Assembly: GCA_963667785.2 (NCBI GenBank) | Contig: CAXXMU010000001.1 | Location: forward strand, 224,001 to 288,000 | Reading direction: 5' to 3' | DNA from: Alphaproteobacteria bacterium | GTDB taxonomy: Bacteria; Pseudomonadota; Alphaproteobacteria; UBA828 | DNA: 64,000 nucleotides | Part shown: in pieces, positions 50,031-59,128 of the stretch | Layout: every line of letters starts with the position of its first letter | Numbering within the stretch: the stretch's first letter is position 1 | The notes under the pieces: generated by a model | Databases searched by the model: none | Seen by the model: the letters and a program-made list of their open reading frames with translations, nothing else | Told to the model about the DNA's origin: nothing | Made by a program: the position numbers and the translations under genes

Positions 50031-50759
50031 GTGCGGTTTGCCGTCCTGCCGGATCGGGAGGCGCTGGATCGGGAGGCGGCGGCGCTGGTCTGGGAGGCGG
50101 TCGGCGCAAGGCCCGACCTCCTGATCTGCCTCGCCAGCGGGGAGACGCCCACAGGGACCTACGCGCTGCTCGCCGGGGCCCCGGAACGGCTCGCCAGCGC
50201 GCGCTTCATCCAGCTCGACGAGTGGGCCGGCCTCGGTGCCGACGATCCGGCGAGCTGCGCCGCCTACCTGGAGCGCACGGTGCGCGGTCCCCTTGCGGTG
50301 CCGGCGGAGCGCTGGATCGGCTTTCGCGGCGCGGCACCCGATAGTGCCGCGGAGTGCCGCCGGGTCGAAGAGGCGCTGAGGGCGGCGGGCCCCATCGACC
50401 TCTGCATCCTCGGCCTCGGGCGCAACGGACATCTCGCGCTGAACGAGCCGGCGGCGAGCTTCGATCCCTTCTGCCATGTCGCGACGCTTGCCGAGCAGTC
50501 GCGCGCGCACCCCATGCTGGCCGGAACCGCCGGCCCGGTGCGGCAGGGACTGACGCTCGGCCTCGGCGACATCCTGCGCGCGCGGCGCATCCTGCTGCTG
50601 GTCGCTGGCCCCGCCAAGCGGGAGCCGCTCGCCCGGCTCGCGGCCGGCCGCGTCACGCCGCAGCTCCCGGCCTCGTTCCTCTGGCTGCACGGGAACGTGA
50701 CCTGCCTCTGCGATGAGGCGGCGGCGGCGGGCGCCCGGCTCGAGGGCGCCGGGCCATGA
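50031..50759 (+). CDS. Glucosamine/galactosamine-6-phosphate deaminase/isomerase-like protein (NagB fold)
   Basis: LASGETP, QLDEW, LGLGRNGHLALNEP, PASFLWLH. Confidence 0.82.
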   Translation: MRFAVLPDREALDREAAALVWEAVGARPDLLICLASGETPTGTYALLAGAPERLASARFIQLDEWAGLGADDPASCAAYLERTVRGPLAVPAERWIGFRGAAPDSAAECRRVEEALRAAGPIDLCILGLGRNGHLALNEPAASFDPFCHVATLAEQSRAHPMLAGTAGPVRQGLTLGLGDILRARRILLLVAGPAKREPLARLAAGRVTPQLPASFLWLHGNVTCLCDEAAAAGARLEGAGP

Positions 50760-51666
50760 GCCGGCTTGCGCTCGGCGTCGATATCGGCGGCACCAAGATC
50801 GCGGTCGGCGCGGTCGATGCGGGCGGCGCGATACACGCGCGGCGGACCATCGCGACGGACGTCGAGGCCGGCTTCGATGCAGGCCTCGCACGGCTGGTGC
50901 AGGCCATCGACGAGACGGTGGCCGAGACCCGTGCAGACCCGGCTGCGCTCGCGGGTATCGGCCTCGGCTGCCCCGGCCCCTTCGACGAGGCGAGCGGGCG
51001 GATCGAGAACTTCTACACGCTCCCCGGCTGGGAGGGGAACGACATCGTGAGCCCGCTCGCCGCCCGCTATCGGACCCCGGTGCGCCTCGTCAACGATGCC
51101 GATGCGGCTCTGCTCGGCGAGGCGCTGGCAGGCGCTGCCCGCGGCGCGCGTATCGCCGTCATGCTGACCGTCGGCACCGGCATCGGCGGCGCGGCGCTGA
51201 TCGACGGCGCGATCCTGCGGGGTGCGGCCGGCGCCCATCCCGAGATCGGCCACCTGGTCGTCGATCCCGCCGGCCCGGAATGCTACTGCGGGCAGCACGG
51301 CTGCCTCGAGGCGCTCGCCGCGGGCCCGGCGCTGGCGCGGGCGGGCGCGGGGCTCGACTATGCCGATGCCGAGGCCGTCTTCGCCGCCGCCGCGGCCGGC
51401 GCGGCGCCTGCCGAGGCCATCGTCGCCCGCAGTGCCGACGCGATGGAAGTCGCCGTCTGGAGCCTCATCCACGCCTTCCTGCCCGAGGTGATCCTCTTCG
51501 GCGGAGGCATGGGAGAGCGGCACTTCGCGCTCTATCGCGACGCTGCCGGCGCGCCGTCGCGCGGGCCGTGCTGGCACCCGCCGGTGCGATCCGCGTGGTC
51601 AAGGCGACGCTCGGCAACGACGCCGGCATGGTCGGCGCCGCGGCGCTCATGCTGGAGGATGCCTGA
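50756..51666 (+). pseudogene. ROK family sugar kinase with a 1-nt deletion near 51546 (real lesion or sequencing error)
   Basis: GVDIGGTK, NDADAA, GTGIG, EIGH, CYCGQHGCLE in one frame; the typical ROK end LGNDAGMVGAA is in the -1 frame ending at 51666; span is 911 nt, one short of a codon multiple. Confidence 0.75.
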
Positions 51667-51735
51667 GCGACGCCGGGTGCGGACCCCGGCCCTTCCGCGC
51701 TAGACTCGGGCCTCGCAGGCAACGCGCGAGCGACC

Positions 51736-53382
51736 ATGGCCATGCCGTCGTCACAGGAAGCCCCCGGAAGCCACCGGCGCGTCGCAGCGGAAGCGGACGT
51801 CGATGCGGTCGTCGTCGGCGCCGGCTTCGCGGGCCTCTACATGCTCCATCGGCTGCGCGCGATGGGGCTCCGGGTGCGCGTCTTCGAGAAGGGCGACGGG
51901 GTCGGCGGCACCTGGTACTGGAACCGCTATCCCGGCGCCCGTTGCGACACCGACAGCGTCGAATACTCCTACCAGTTCTCCGACGCGCTGCAGCAGGAGT
52001 GGCGTTGGACCGAGCGCTTCGCGACGCAACCGGAGATCCTGCGCTATCTGGAGCATGTCGCCGACCGCTTCGACCTTCGCCGCGACATCGCGTTCGGCAC
52101 CACCGTCACCGAGGCGGCGTTCGACGATGCGGCGGGATGCTGGCGGATCGCGACCGACGACGGCGCCAGGCTTTCCGCCACCTACTGTGTCATGGCCACC
52201 GGCTGCCTTTCTGCCGTCAACCGGCCGGCGTTCGACGGACTCGATCGCTTCGCCGGCGCCTGGTACCACACCGGCGCCTGGCCCCATGACGAGGTATCCT
52301 TCGCCGGCCAGCACGTCGGCGTCGTCGGCACCGGCTCGTCGGCCATTCAAGCGATTCCGCTGATCGCAGCCGAGGCGCGCCACCTCACCGTCTTCCAGCG
52401 CCAGGCGAACTACACCGTACCCGCCCGAAACGCGCCGCTGGACGAGGCCGAGTACGCCGCCATCAGGGAGAGCTACGGGGAGCTGCGGCGCCAGGCGAGC
52501 GAGACGCCGACCGGCTGCTGGTGGGCCGTGAACCAGGCGGCGGCGGAAGAGATGAGCGCCGAGGAGCGAGAGCGGGAGCTCGAAGCCCGCTGGCAGGTCG
52601 GCGGGCTCCGCATGTACGGCGTCTTCAAGGACGTGCTGGTCAACGGCGAGGCGAACGACATCGCGGCCTCGTTCATCCGCGACAAGATCCGCGCCCAGGT
52701 CCGCGATCCCGAGGTGGCGGCGCTGCTCTCGCCGCACTCCTATGTCGGCTGCAAGCGCATCTGCCTCGATACCGACTACTACGCCACCTTCAACCGGCCC
52801 AACGTGACGTTGGTGGACATCAGCGAGGCGCCGATCGAGGAAATCACGCCCACCGGGCTGCGCTCCGGCGGCAGGCACTATGCACTCGACGCGATCGTCT
52901 TCGCGACCGGATACGACGCGATGACGGGGCCCCTGTTCAGGATCGACATCCGCGGCCGGGGCGGGAGGACGCTGAAGGCGACGTGGGCCGACGGCCCCCG
53001 CACCTATCTCGGCCTCGCCGTCGAAGGCTTCCCCAACCTGTTCACCATCACGGGCCCCACCAGCCCCTCGGTGCTCACCAACATGGTCCCGGCCATCGAG
53101 CAGCATGCGGAGTGGATCGCCGGCTGCATCGCGCACGCGCGCGGCACGGGCCGCCCGTGCATCGAGGCGAGCCGCGCGGCGGAGGATGCATGGATGGCCC
53201 ACCACGAGGAGGTGGCGGGGGGCACCCTCTTCCCCTCCTGCAACTCCTGGTATGTCGGCGCCAACGTCGACGGCAAGCCGCGCCGCGTGATGCCCTACAC
53301 CGGCGGCTTTCCGGACTATGTCGCGACGTGCGACGCGGTGGCCGCCAGCGGCTACGAGGGGTTCACGCTGACCGCCGCATGA
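51736..53382 (+). CDS. Type I Baeyer-Villiger monooxygenase
   Basis: GAGFAG, GGTWYWNRYPG, fingerprint FAGAWYHTGAWP, GTGSSA, ATGY. Confidence 0.93.
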   Translation: MAMPSSQEAPGSHRRVAAEADVDAVVVGAGFAGLYMLHRLRAMGLRVRVFEKGDGVGGTWYWNRYPGARCDTDSVEYSYQFSDALQQEWRWTERFATQPEILRYLEHVADRFDLRRDIAFGTTVTEAAFDDAAGCWRIATDDGARLSATYCVMATGCLSAVNRPAFDGLDRFAGAWYHTGAWPHDEVSFAGQHVGVVGTGSSAIQAIPLIAAEARHLTVFQRQANYTVPARNAPLDEAEYAAIRESYGELRRQASETPTGCWWAVNQAAAEEMSAEERERELEARWQVGGLRMYGVFKDVLVNGEANDIAASFIRDKIRAQVRDPEVAALLSPHSYVGCKRICLDTDYYATFNRPNVTLVDISEAPIEEITPTGLRSGGRHYALDAIVFATGYDAMTGPLFRIDIRGRGGRTLKATWADGPRTYLGLAVEGFPNLFTITGPTSPSVLTNMVPAIEQHAEWIAGCIAHARGTGRPCIEASRAAEDAWMAHHEEVAGGTLFPSCNSWYVGANVDGKPRRVMPYTGGFPDYVATCDAVAASGYEGFTLTAA

Positions 53383-53473
53383 GCCGCCCGTTCTGAGTCG
53401 CGCGCGCCCGCAGGGTCACGCGCGCGGAGCAATATCGCCCGTGCCGGGGGAATTCCGGCCAACGGCAGGCGGG

Positions 53474-53914
53474 TTAACCCTCCCCGCGCCGTCCCGGCGG
53501 GGGCTCGCAGGGCTCGGTGCCCATGTCGGCGGGCACGGAAATCTCGATCAGGTCGAACGTGTCGGAGGTGGCGATCTCGTTGTGCGGCGTGCCGCCGGGG
53601 ATGTAGAGGGAATCCCCTTCCTCGATGCGGATGGTCTCGTCCTCGAAGGCGAGGTCGATCCAGCCGCTCAGCATGTAGACGATCTGCCCCTCGCAGATGT
53701 GTGTGTGCCAGCCCGTGGGCCGGGTGAGCCCGGCCTTGGCCGAGGTGATCTGGGCGCGGATGCGTCCGTCGCTCGCCGCCGTGATGCCGAGGTCGCGGTA
53801 GGTGAGGAAGTCGCGCCTTCCCGGCATGAAGGTGGGGTCGTCCTTCCTGACCAGTGTGAAGGGTGGCTGCCGCTCGTCCGGGCCTAGCGCCGTCGCCGCC
53901 TGAGCCTTGGTCAT
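53474..53914 (-). CDS. Cupin domain protein
   Basis: WHTH...Q..Y...G and GDSLYIPGGTPHNE cupin motifs. Confidence 0.85.
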   Translation of the reverse strand: MTKAQAATALGPDERQPPFTLVRKDDPTFMPGRRDFLTYRDLGITAASDGRIRAQITSAKAGLTRPTGWHTHICEGQIVYMLSGWIDLAFEDETIRIEEGDSLYIPGGTPHNEIATSDTFDLIEISVPADMGTEPCEPPPGRRGEG

Positions 53915-54017
53915 GGCGCTCGCTCCTCTTCGCCGGGGGAGGCGTCATGGTAGGAAGCGCCGCCCGGCCTGACAAGCCGATCGCCGCCGGCCCGCGCGAC
54001 GCGGCTCCGCGCCGGCC

Positions 54018-55469
54018 TCACGACGGATAGATTGCGCGGCGCAGGGTCTCGGCGATCGCGCCCACCACCGGGCCGAAGGCCTGGCACTGGCCCGGATCCG
54101 GCACGATCTCCCGGACCTCCGCCTCGAGCCCGGCCAGCGGCGGCGGAGCGGGCCGGCCGGTGACGTCGAGCGCGCGGAGCGCAATCGGCACGAGGCCGGC
54201 GAGCGCCATGTCGAGGCAGCGCCCGGCGCGATCCTGCTTGGACCATGCCATGAACACGGGGCTCGCCACGTCGTTCTGGCCGAAGCCGCCCGATTCGCTG
54301 CCGGGGAGCAGCGTCGCCTGGGCGTAGAGCCGGGCCTCCTCCTCGTAGCCGGTCTGGGCCATCGGCACGCATCCCAGGTAGGTGCGGGGCGCATCGTCGC
54401 CGCCATCCGGGTCGCGCAGCTGATCGGGAAGCAGCGAGACGTTGCCGTCCAGGAGCTTCGCGCCGTGCCGCTCGGCAAGGACGCAGAGATTGGCGCACGC
54501 GGCGCTCAGCGCGTCCATGGCGAGCACCGCGTGGGGGTTGTGATAGCCGCCGTTCGTCACGAAGCGGCCGAAGGGGTGATCCTCGTCCGAATCCTCGATC
54601 CATACCGGGTTGTCGGTCACGGCCTGAAGGGATTCCGCGGCGACCTCCGCAGCCAGGGAGGCCGCGCGCCGGGCCTGGCTGAGCATGCGCGGAAGGATGC
54701 GGTAGCTGACCGGCGCCTGGTAGGGGCGCCGGTCGCCGCCGTGACCGTCCCCCACCAGCGCGCGCAGGCGATCGAGCGCCCAGCGGTCGTGGGGGTTGTT
54801 CCAGTACGCGCCAAGGGCGGCGTCGAGATGGCAGAGCGGCGCGTTGAAGGCCTCGAAGGAGAGCGCGAATACGCTGGCCGCCACGTCGAGACGGCTCTCC
54901 GCGACGAGCGCTGCATCGGTGACGAGGCCCGTGGCCGCCGGCGAGCCGTTGAGCAGGCACATCACGTCCTTGATCGCAGGCTCCGCCCCCTCCGCCAGAT
55001 CGGTGAACAGGTGCCCCAGCGAGAGGATCTCGCCCGCGCCGCCCTGGCCCCGCGCCGGGACCACGGGCATCGGGCGCCCGTCCAGCATGGCGGCGACGCG
55101 CTGCGCGATCTCCGGCGAAACGGCGGCCTCGCCTTCCACGAAGTTGGTCAGGCGCGCGAGCACGATCGCGCGCACGACGCGTTCCGGCAGCGGATCGCCC
55201 CACGACGTCGCCACCCGCGCCGGCGACATGCCGGCCCATCGCTCGCGCTGTTCGGGCGTCAACGCCTGCCGCGCGAGCTGGCCCGGACCCGTCGTCACGC
55301 CGTAGATGGTGACCTCGGGGTCATGCTCGATGATGCGCTCCAGGCGCTCCCGGCCCCGCGCCATGGCCGCGAGCGCGCCGGCGCCGAGCTCCACGCCTTC
55401 ACCCTCCCACGCCACCCGGCGGGCGGCATCGAGCGTGAAGTCGGCACGGGTTTCCACGAGTACCGTCAT
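54018..55469 (-). CDS. Aromatic amino acid ammonia-lyase (HAL) superfamily protein lacking the MIO motif
   Basis: IYGVTTG, VVRAIVLAR, LLNG, Q..SYR, DNP; the ASG loop reads GQGGAGEI. Confidence 0.82.
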   Translation of the reverse strand: MTVLVETRADFTLDAARRVAWEGEGVELGAGALAAMARGRERLERIIEHDPEVTIYGVTTGPGQLARQALTPEQRERWAGMSPARVATSWGDPLPERVVRAIVLARLTNFVEGEAAVSPEIAQRVAAMLDGRPMPVVPARGQGGAGEILSLGHLFTDLAEGAEPAIKDVMCLLNGSPAATGLVTDAALVAESRLDVAASVFALSFEAFNAPLCHLDAALGAYWNNPHDRWALDRLRALVGDGHGGDRRPYQAPVSYRILPRMLSQARRAASLAAEVAAESLQAVTDNPVWIEDSDEDHPFGRFVTNGGYHNPHAVLAMDALSAACANLCVLAERHGAKLLDGNVSLLPDQLRDPDGGDDAPRTYLGCVPMAQTGYEEEARLYAQATLLPGSESGGFGQNDVASPVFMAWSKQDRAGRCLDMALAGLVPIALRALDVTGRPAPPPLAGLEAEVREIVPDPGQCQAFGPVVGAIAETLRRAIYPS

Positions 55470-55524
55470 GATCCGGTTCCCTGTCCGGCGAAGCGTGCGA
55501 CTCTCCGGGGGGAGGCGGGAGCGC

Positions 55525-56094
55525 CTAGCGCGCCTGCCGGCGCTTGGCCTCCTCGAGCTGGGCCTCGGTGTACTGGATGCCGATCAGCGTCTCGTAGGCG
55601 AGTGCGCTCTCGCCGGGCCTGAGCGGGATCCACTGAGCGACGTACTCCACCGTCTCGGCGCCCGTGGCCTCGTCGTCGAAGGCGATCTCCGCCGTGAAGA
55701 TCTCCTTGGCGACGATGCGGCGCCCGCCGTCGGTCAGCGCGACGAAATAGGGCGCGCTGACGCTGTCCGCGGTTGCGGCCGGCCCCCGCGTCGCACGGAT
55801 GGGCAGGGAGAACGCCACCTCGACGCTGCCGCTGCCGTCCTCGTCGATGGCGTAATCGCAGCGCTCGCTCGCCTCGCGGAGCTCCACCTCGAAGGCCACG
55901 TCGGCCTCCTCGCGCCCCGGCCCCTCGCCGTAGAGGGTGAGCACGCGTGCCTGCTGGAGGACGCTGACGCGGGGACACGGCGGAGAGTCGTCCAGGATGC
56001 CGCATCCGGCGAGCGCGCCCAGCATGGCTGCGCCGAGCAGCGGCGCAGCGAAGGCCGCCGGGCTACGCTGTCGCCTGCCCGTTCCGGTACTCAC
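55525..56094 (-). CDS. Predicted lipoprotein of unknown function
   Basis: Lipobox LAGC after a hydrophobic stretch; PCP.V and YFVA motifs; GTG start at 56094. Confidence 0.7.
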   Translation of the reverse strand: MSTGTGRRQRSPAAFAAPLLGAAMLGALAGCGILDDSPPCPRVSVLQQARVLTLYGEGPGREEADVAFEVELREASERCDYAIDEDGSGSVEVAFSLPIRATRGPAATADSVSAPYFVALTDGGRRIVAKEIFTAEIAFDDEATGAETVEYVAQWIPLRPGESALAYETLIGIQYTEAQLEEAKRRQAR

Positions 56095-56120
56095 GGGAAC
56101 TCCGCCGCGAAAGGGAGAGA

Positions 56121-56360
56121 TCAGAGCGTGTTGTGCGTGCCGTCGCAGTGCGGCCCGCTCCCGGTCCGCTTGCAACCGCAGAGCCACGCGGTCTCGCTCT
56201 CCTCGGCGGTGAAGACGACGGGGCGGATGTCGGTGGTCTTGTGCGAGCCGTCGCAGAAGGGCTGGGTGCTGCTCAGGCCGCAGGCGCACCAGAAATACTT
56301 CTCCCCGGCGACGAGCTCGGTTTCGTAGGGTTCCGCCTGGGCGACGACCGGTTCGCTCAT
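56121..56360 (-). CDS. CDGSH iron-sulfur domain protein with two motifs
   Basis: WCACGLSSTQPFCDGSH and LCGCKRTGSGPHCDGTH. Confidence 0.92.
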   Translation of the reverse strand: MSEPVVAQAEPYETELVAGEKYFWCACGLSSTQPFCDGSHKTTDIRPVVFTAEESETAWLCGCKRTGSGPHCDGTHNTL

Positions 56361-56524
56361 GGTGGGATGCCTCGGCAGTCTGCAGCGCTGGATTGGACGG
56401 CCTCAATCTAGCCGCCGCCACCGCGCCCGACAAGGCCGCCGGCCCGGTCTGCTTGATCCGGGCGGGAGTCGCGGTTTAGGGTGCGGCGCGTTCTTGCCGC
56501 GTTGTGGCGGGCGGGTGAGGGGAC

Positions 56525-57547
56525 ATGACAGCCGAACCGAGTTTCGTCGAGCTGATCGGCAAGACGCCGCTGATCCGTCTGCACGGCCCCTCCGAGGCGA
56601 CCGGCTGCGAGATCCTCGGCAAGTGCGAGTTCCTGAACCCCGGCGGCTCGGTCAAGGACCGGGCGGCGCTCTTCATAGTGCGCGACGCCGAGAAGCGCGG
56701 CGTCCTCAGGCCCGGCGGCACCATCGTCGAAGGCACCGCCGGCAACACCGGCATCGGGCTCGCGCTGGTCGGCAACGCCCTCGGCTACCGCTCGGTGATC
56801 GTGATTCCGGAGACCCAGAGCCAGGAAAAGAAGGACATGCTGCGGCTCTGCGGCGCCCGGCTCATCGAGGTGCCGGCGGTCCCCTACCGCGACCCGAACA
56901 ACTACGTGAAGTACTCGGGCCGGCTCGCCGACGAGCTCGCCGAGACGGAGCCCAACGGCGCGATCTGGGCCAACCAGTTCGACAATGTGGCCAACCGCCA
57001 GGGCCATGTGGAGACGACCGGGCCCGAGATATGGGAGCAGACCGGCGGCGGGATCGACGGCTTCATCTGCGCGGTCGGCACCGGCGGCACCCTCGCCGGC
57101 GTCGGCATGGCGCTCAAGGAGCGCAAGCCCTCGGTGACGATCGGCCTGGCCGATCCCATGGGGGCTGCGCTCTACAACCACTACGCCCACGGCGAGTTGA
57201 AGGCGGAGGGCAGCTCGATCACCGAGGGGATCGGCCAGGGCCGGATCACCGCCAATCTGGAAGACGCGCCGATCGACGTGCCGTTCCAGATTCCGGACGA
57301 GGAGGCGCTGCCGGCGATCTTCGATCTGGCGCAGAACGAGGGCCACATCATGGGCGGCTCCACCGGAATCAACGTGGCCGGCGCGATCCGCCTGGCCAGG
57401 GAGATGGGCCCGGGCCACACCATCGTCACCGTGCTCTGCGACTACGGAACCCGCTACTTCAGCAAGCTCTTCAACCCCGCATTCCTGCGCGAGCGCGGCC
57501 TGCCGGTGCCGCCCTGGCTCGATGACGCCCGTGACGCCGCCGACTGA
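56525..57547 (+). CDS. cysK: Cysteine synthase family PLP enzyme
   Basis: NPGGSVKDR, EGTAGNTG, NQFDN, GTGGT, EGIG. Confidence 0.85.
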   Translation: MTAEPSFVELIGKTPLIRLHGPSEATGCEILGKCEFLNPGGSVKDRAALFIVRDAEKRGVLRPGGTIVEGTAGNTGIGLALVGNALGYRSVIVIPETQSQEKKDMLRLCGARLIEVPAVPYRDPNNYVKYSGRLADELAETEPNGAIWANQFDNVANRQGHVETTGPEIWEQTGGGIDGFICAVGTGGTLAGVGMALKERKPSVTIGLADPMGAALYNHYAHGELKAEGSSITEGIGQGRITANLEDAPIDVPFQIPDEEALPAIFDLAQNEGHIMGGSTGINVAGAIRLAREMGPGHTIVTVLCDYGTRYFSKLFNPAFLRERGLPVPPWLDDARDAAD

Positions 57548-58253
57548 GCCGCTCTTTCGCACAAACCCCTACGCGCGCACCTGCGAGGCGCAGGTCGGCA
57601 CGCCGGCCCCCGGCGCGGTGCGGCTGGACCGCACGGTCTTCTATCCCGAGGGCGGCGGCCAGCCGGGCGACAGCGGGGTCCTGCGCGCCGCCGACGGCAG
57701 CGAGATCGCGGTGCACGGCACGCGCAAGGGCGAGGCCGCCGGCGACATCCTGCACCTCGTCGATCCCGATGCGGCCGTGCCCGCTCCGGGGAGCAGCGTG
57801 GTCGCCGAGCTCGACTGGGAGCGTCGCCACCGCCACATGCGCATGCATACCTGCCTGCATCTGCTGAGCGCCGTGATCGACGCGCCGGTGACCGGCGGGC
57901 AGCTCACGGCGGAGAAGGGGCGCCTCGACTTCGATCTCGACACCAGGCTGGAGAAGGCGGCCGTCGAGGAGGCGCTCAACGCGCTCATCGCACGCGACCT
58001 GCCGGTCGCGGCACGCTGGATCAGCGACGAATCGCTCGCCGCGCAGCCGGAGCTGGTGAAGACCATGCGAGTGAAGCCGCCCGCCGGCCAGGGCCGGGTG
58101 AGGCTGATCGACGTGGACGGCGTCGACCTCCAGCCCTGCGGCGGCACCCATGTGGCGCGAACGGGCGAGATCGGGCCGGTCGTCGTGCGCAAGATCGAGA
58201 GCAAGGGCCGCCACAACCGGCGCGTCGTCCTCGTCTTCGGAGACGCATCGTGA
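57522..58253 (+). CDS. Free-standing alanyl-tRNA editing protein (AlaX-M)
   Basis: FYPEGGGQPGD, HTCLH (HxxxH), PCGGTH (CxxxH). Confidence 0.9.
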   Translation: MTPVTPPTEPLFRTNPYARTCEAQVGTPAPGAVRLDRTVFYPEGGGQPGDSGVLRAADGSEIAVHGTRKGEAAGDILHLVDPDAAVPAPGSSVVAELDWERRHRHMRMHTCLHLLSAVIDAPVTGGQLTAEKGRLDFDLDTRLEKAAVEEALNALIARDLPVAARWISDESLAAQPELVKTMRVKPPAGQGRVRLIDVDGVDLQPCGGTHVARTGEIGPVVVRKIESKGRHNRRVVLVFGDAS

Positions 58254-59116
58254 GCGCGGGCGATGCGCCGCTCGTCGTGAGCACCGCCTGGCTCGCCGCC
58301 AATGGCGCCGCCGGCAGCGACGTGCGGATCCTCGACGGCTCCTGGCACCTGCCGCCGCTGGCGCGCGACCCGGCCGCCGAGTTCCGCGAGGCGCACATTC
58401 CGGGCGCCGCCTTCTTCGATATCGACGGCATCTGCGATCCCGACTCCTCGCTGCCGCACATGCTGCCCCGGGCGGCGGATTTCGCCGCCGCCGTCTCGGC
58501 GCTCGGGATCGGCAACGCCTCGCACGTCGTCGTCTACGACACCGTGGGGCTCTACAGCGCCGCGCGCGTCTGGTGGATGTTCCGCGTCTTCGGGCACGGG
58601 CGCGTCTCGGTGCTCGCGGGCGGCCTGCCGCGCTGGCGGGCGGAGGGCCGGCCCGTGGAGAGCGGGGAGCCCGCGATCGCGGCGGGAGCGTTCGCGGCGA
58701 CCTACGACGGGACGCTGGTCCGCTCGTTCGAGCAGGTCCGCGCCACCCTCGAGTCGGGCGACGCGCAGATCGTGGACGCGCGTGCCGCCGCGCGCTTCAG
58801 CGGCGAGGATCCGGGGCCGAGGCCCGACCTTCCGCGCGGCCACATTCCCGGCAGTCGCAACGTGCCCTTCGACGCGGTGCTCGACGATGACGCCGCCGCG
58901 CTGGGCGAGGCGGCGGCGATCCGCCGGGCGTTCGCCGCCGCCGGCGTCGACCCCGCCCGCCCGGTCATCGCCACGTGCGGATCGGGCATCACTGCGTGTA
59001 CGCTGGCGCTCGCGCTCGCCGCCATCGGTGCCGAGCAGGTTGCCGTCTACGACGGCTCCTGGACCGATTGGGGCAGTCGCGCGGACGCGCCAGTGGAGAG
59101 CGGGGGAGCAGTCTAG
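58250..59116 (+). CDS. sseA: 3-mercaptopyruvate sulfurtransferase
   Basis: HIPGA, ARVWW, GHIPG, CGSGITA active-site loop, YDGSW. Confidence 0.9.
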   Translation: MSAGDAPLVVSTAWLAANGAAGSDVRILDGSWHLPPLARDPAAEFREAHIPGAAFFDIDGICDPDSSLPHMLPRAADFAAAVSALGIGNASHVVVYDTVGLYSAARVWWMFRVFGHGRVSVLAGGLPRWRAEGRPVESGEPAIAAGAFAATYDGTLVRSFEQVRATLESGDAQIVDARAAARFSGEDPGPRPDLPRGHIPGSRNVPFDAVLDDDAAALGEAAAIRRAFAAAGVDPARPVIATCGSGITACTLALALAAIGAEQVAVYDGSWTDWGSRADAPVESGGAV

Positions 59117-59128
59117 GAGCGCTCGACG

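Noticed and set aside
54018-55469. Annotation as hutH (histidine ammonia-lyase)
   Set aside because: No Ala-Ser-Gly motif, no substrate-binding His, and no hut genes nearby.
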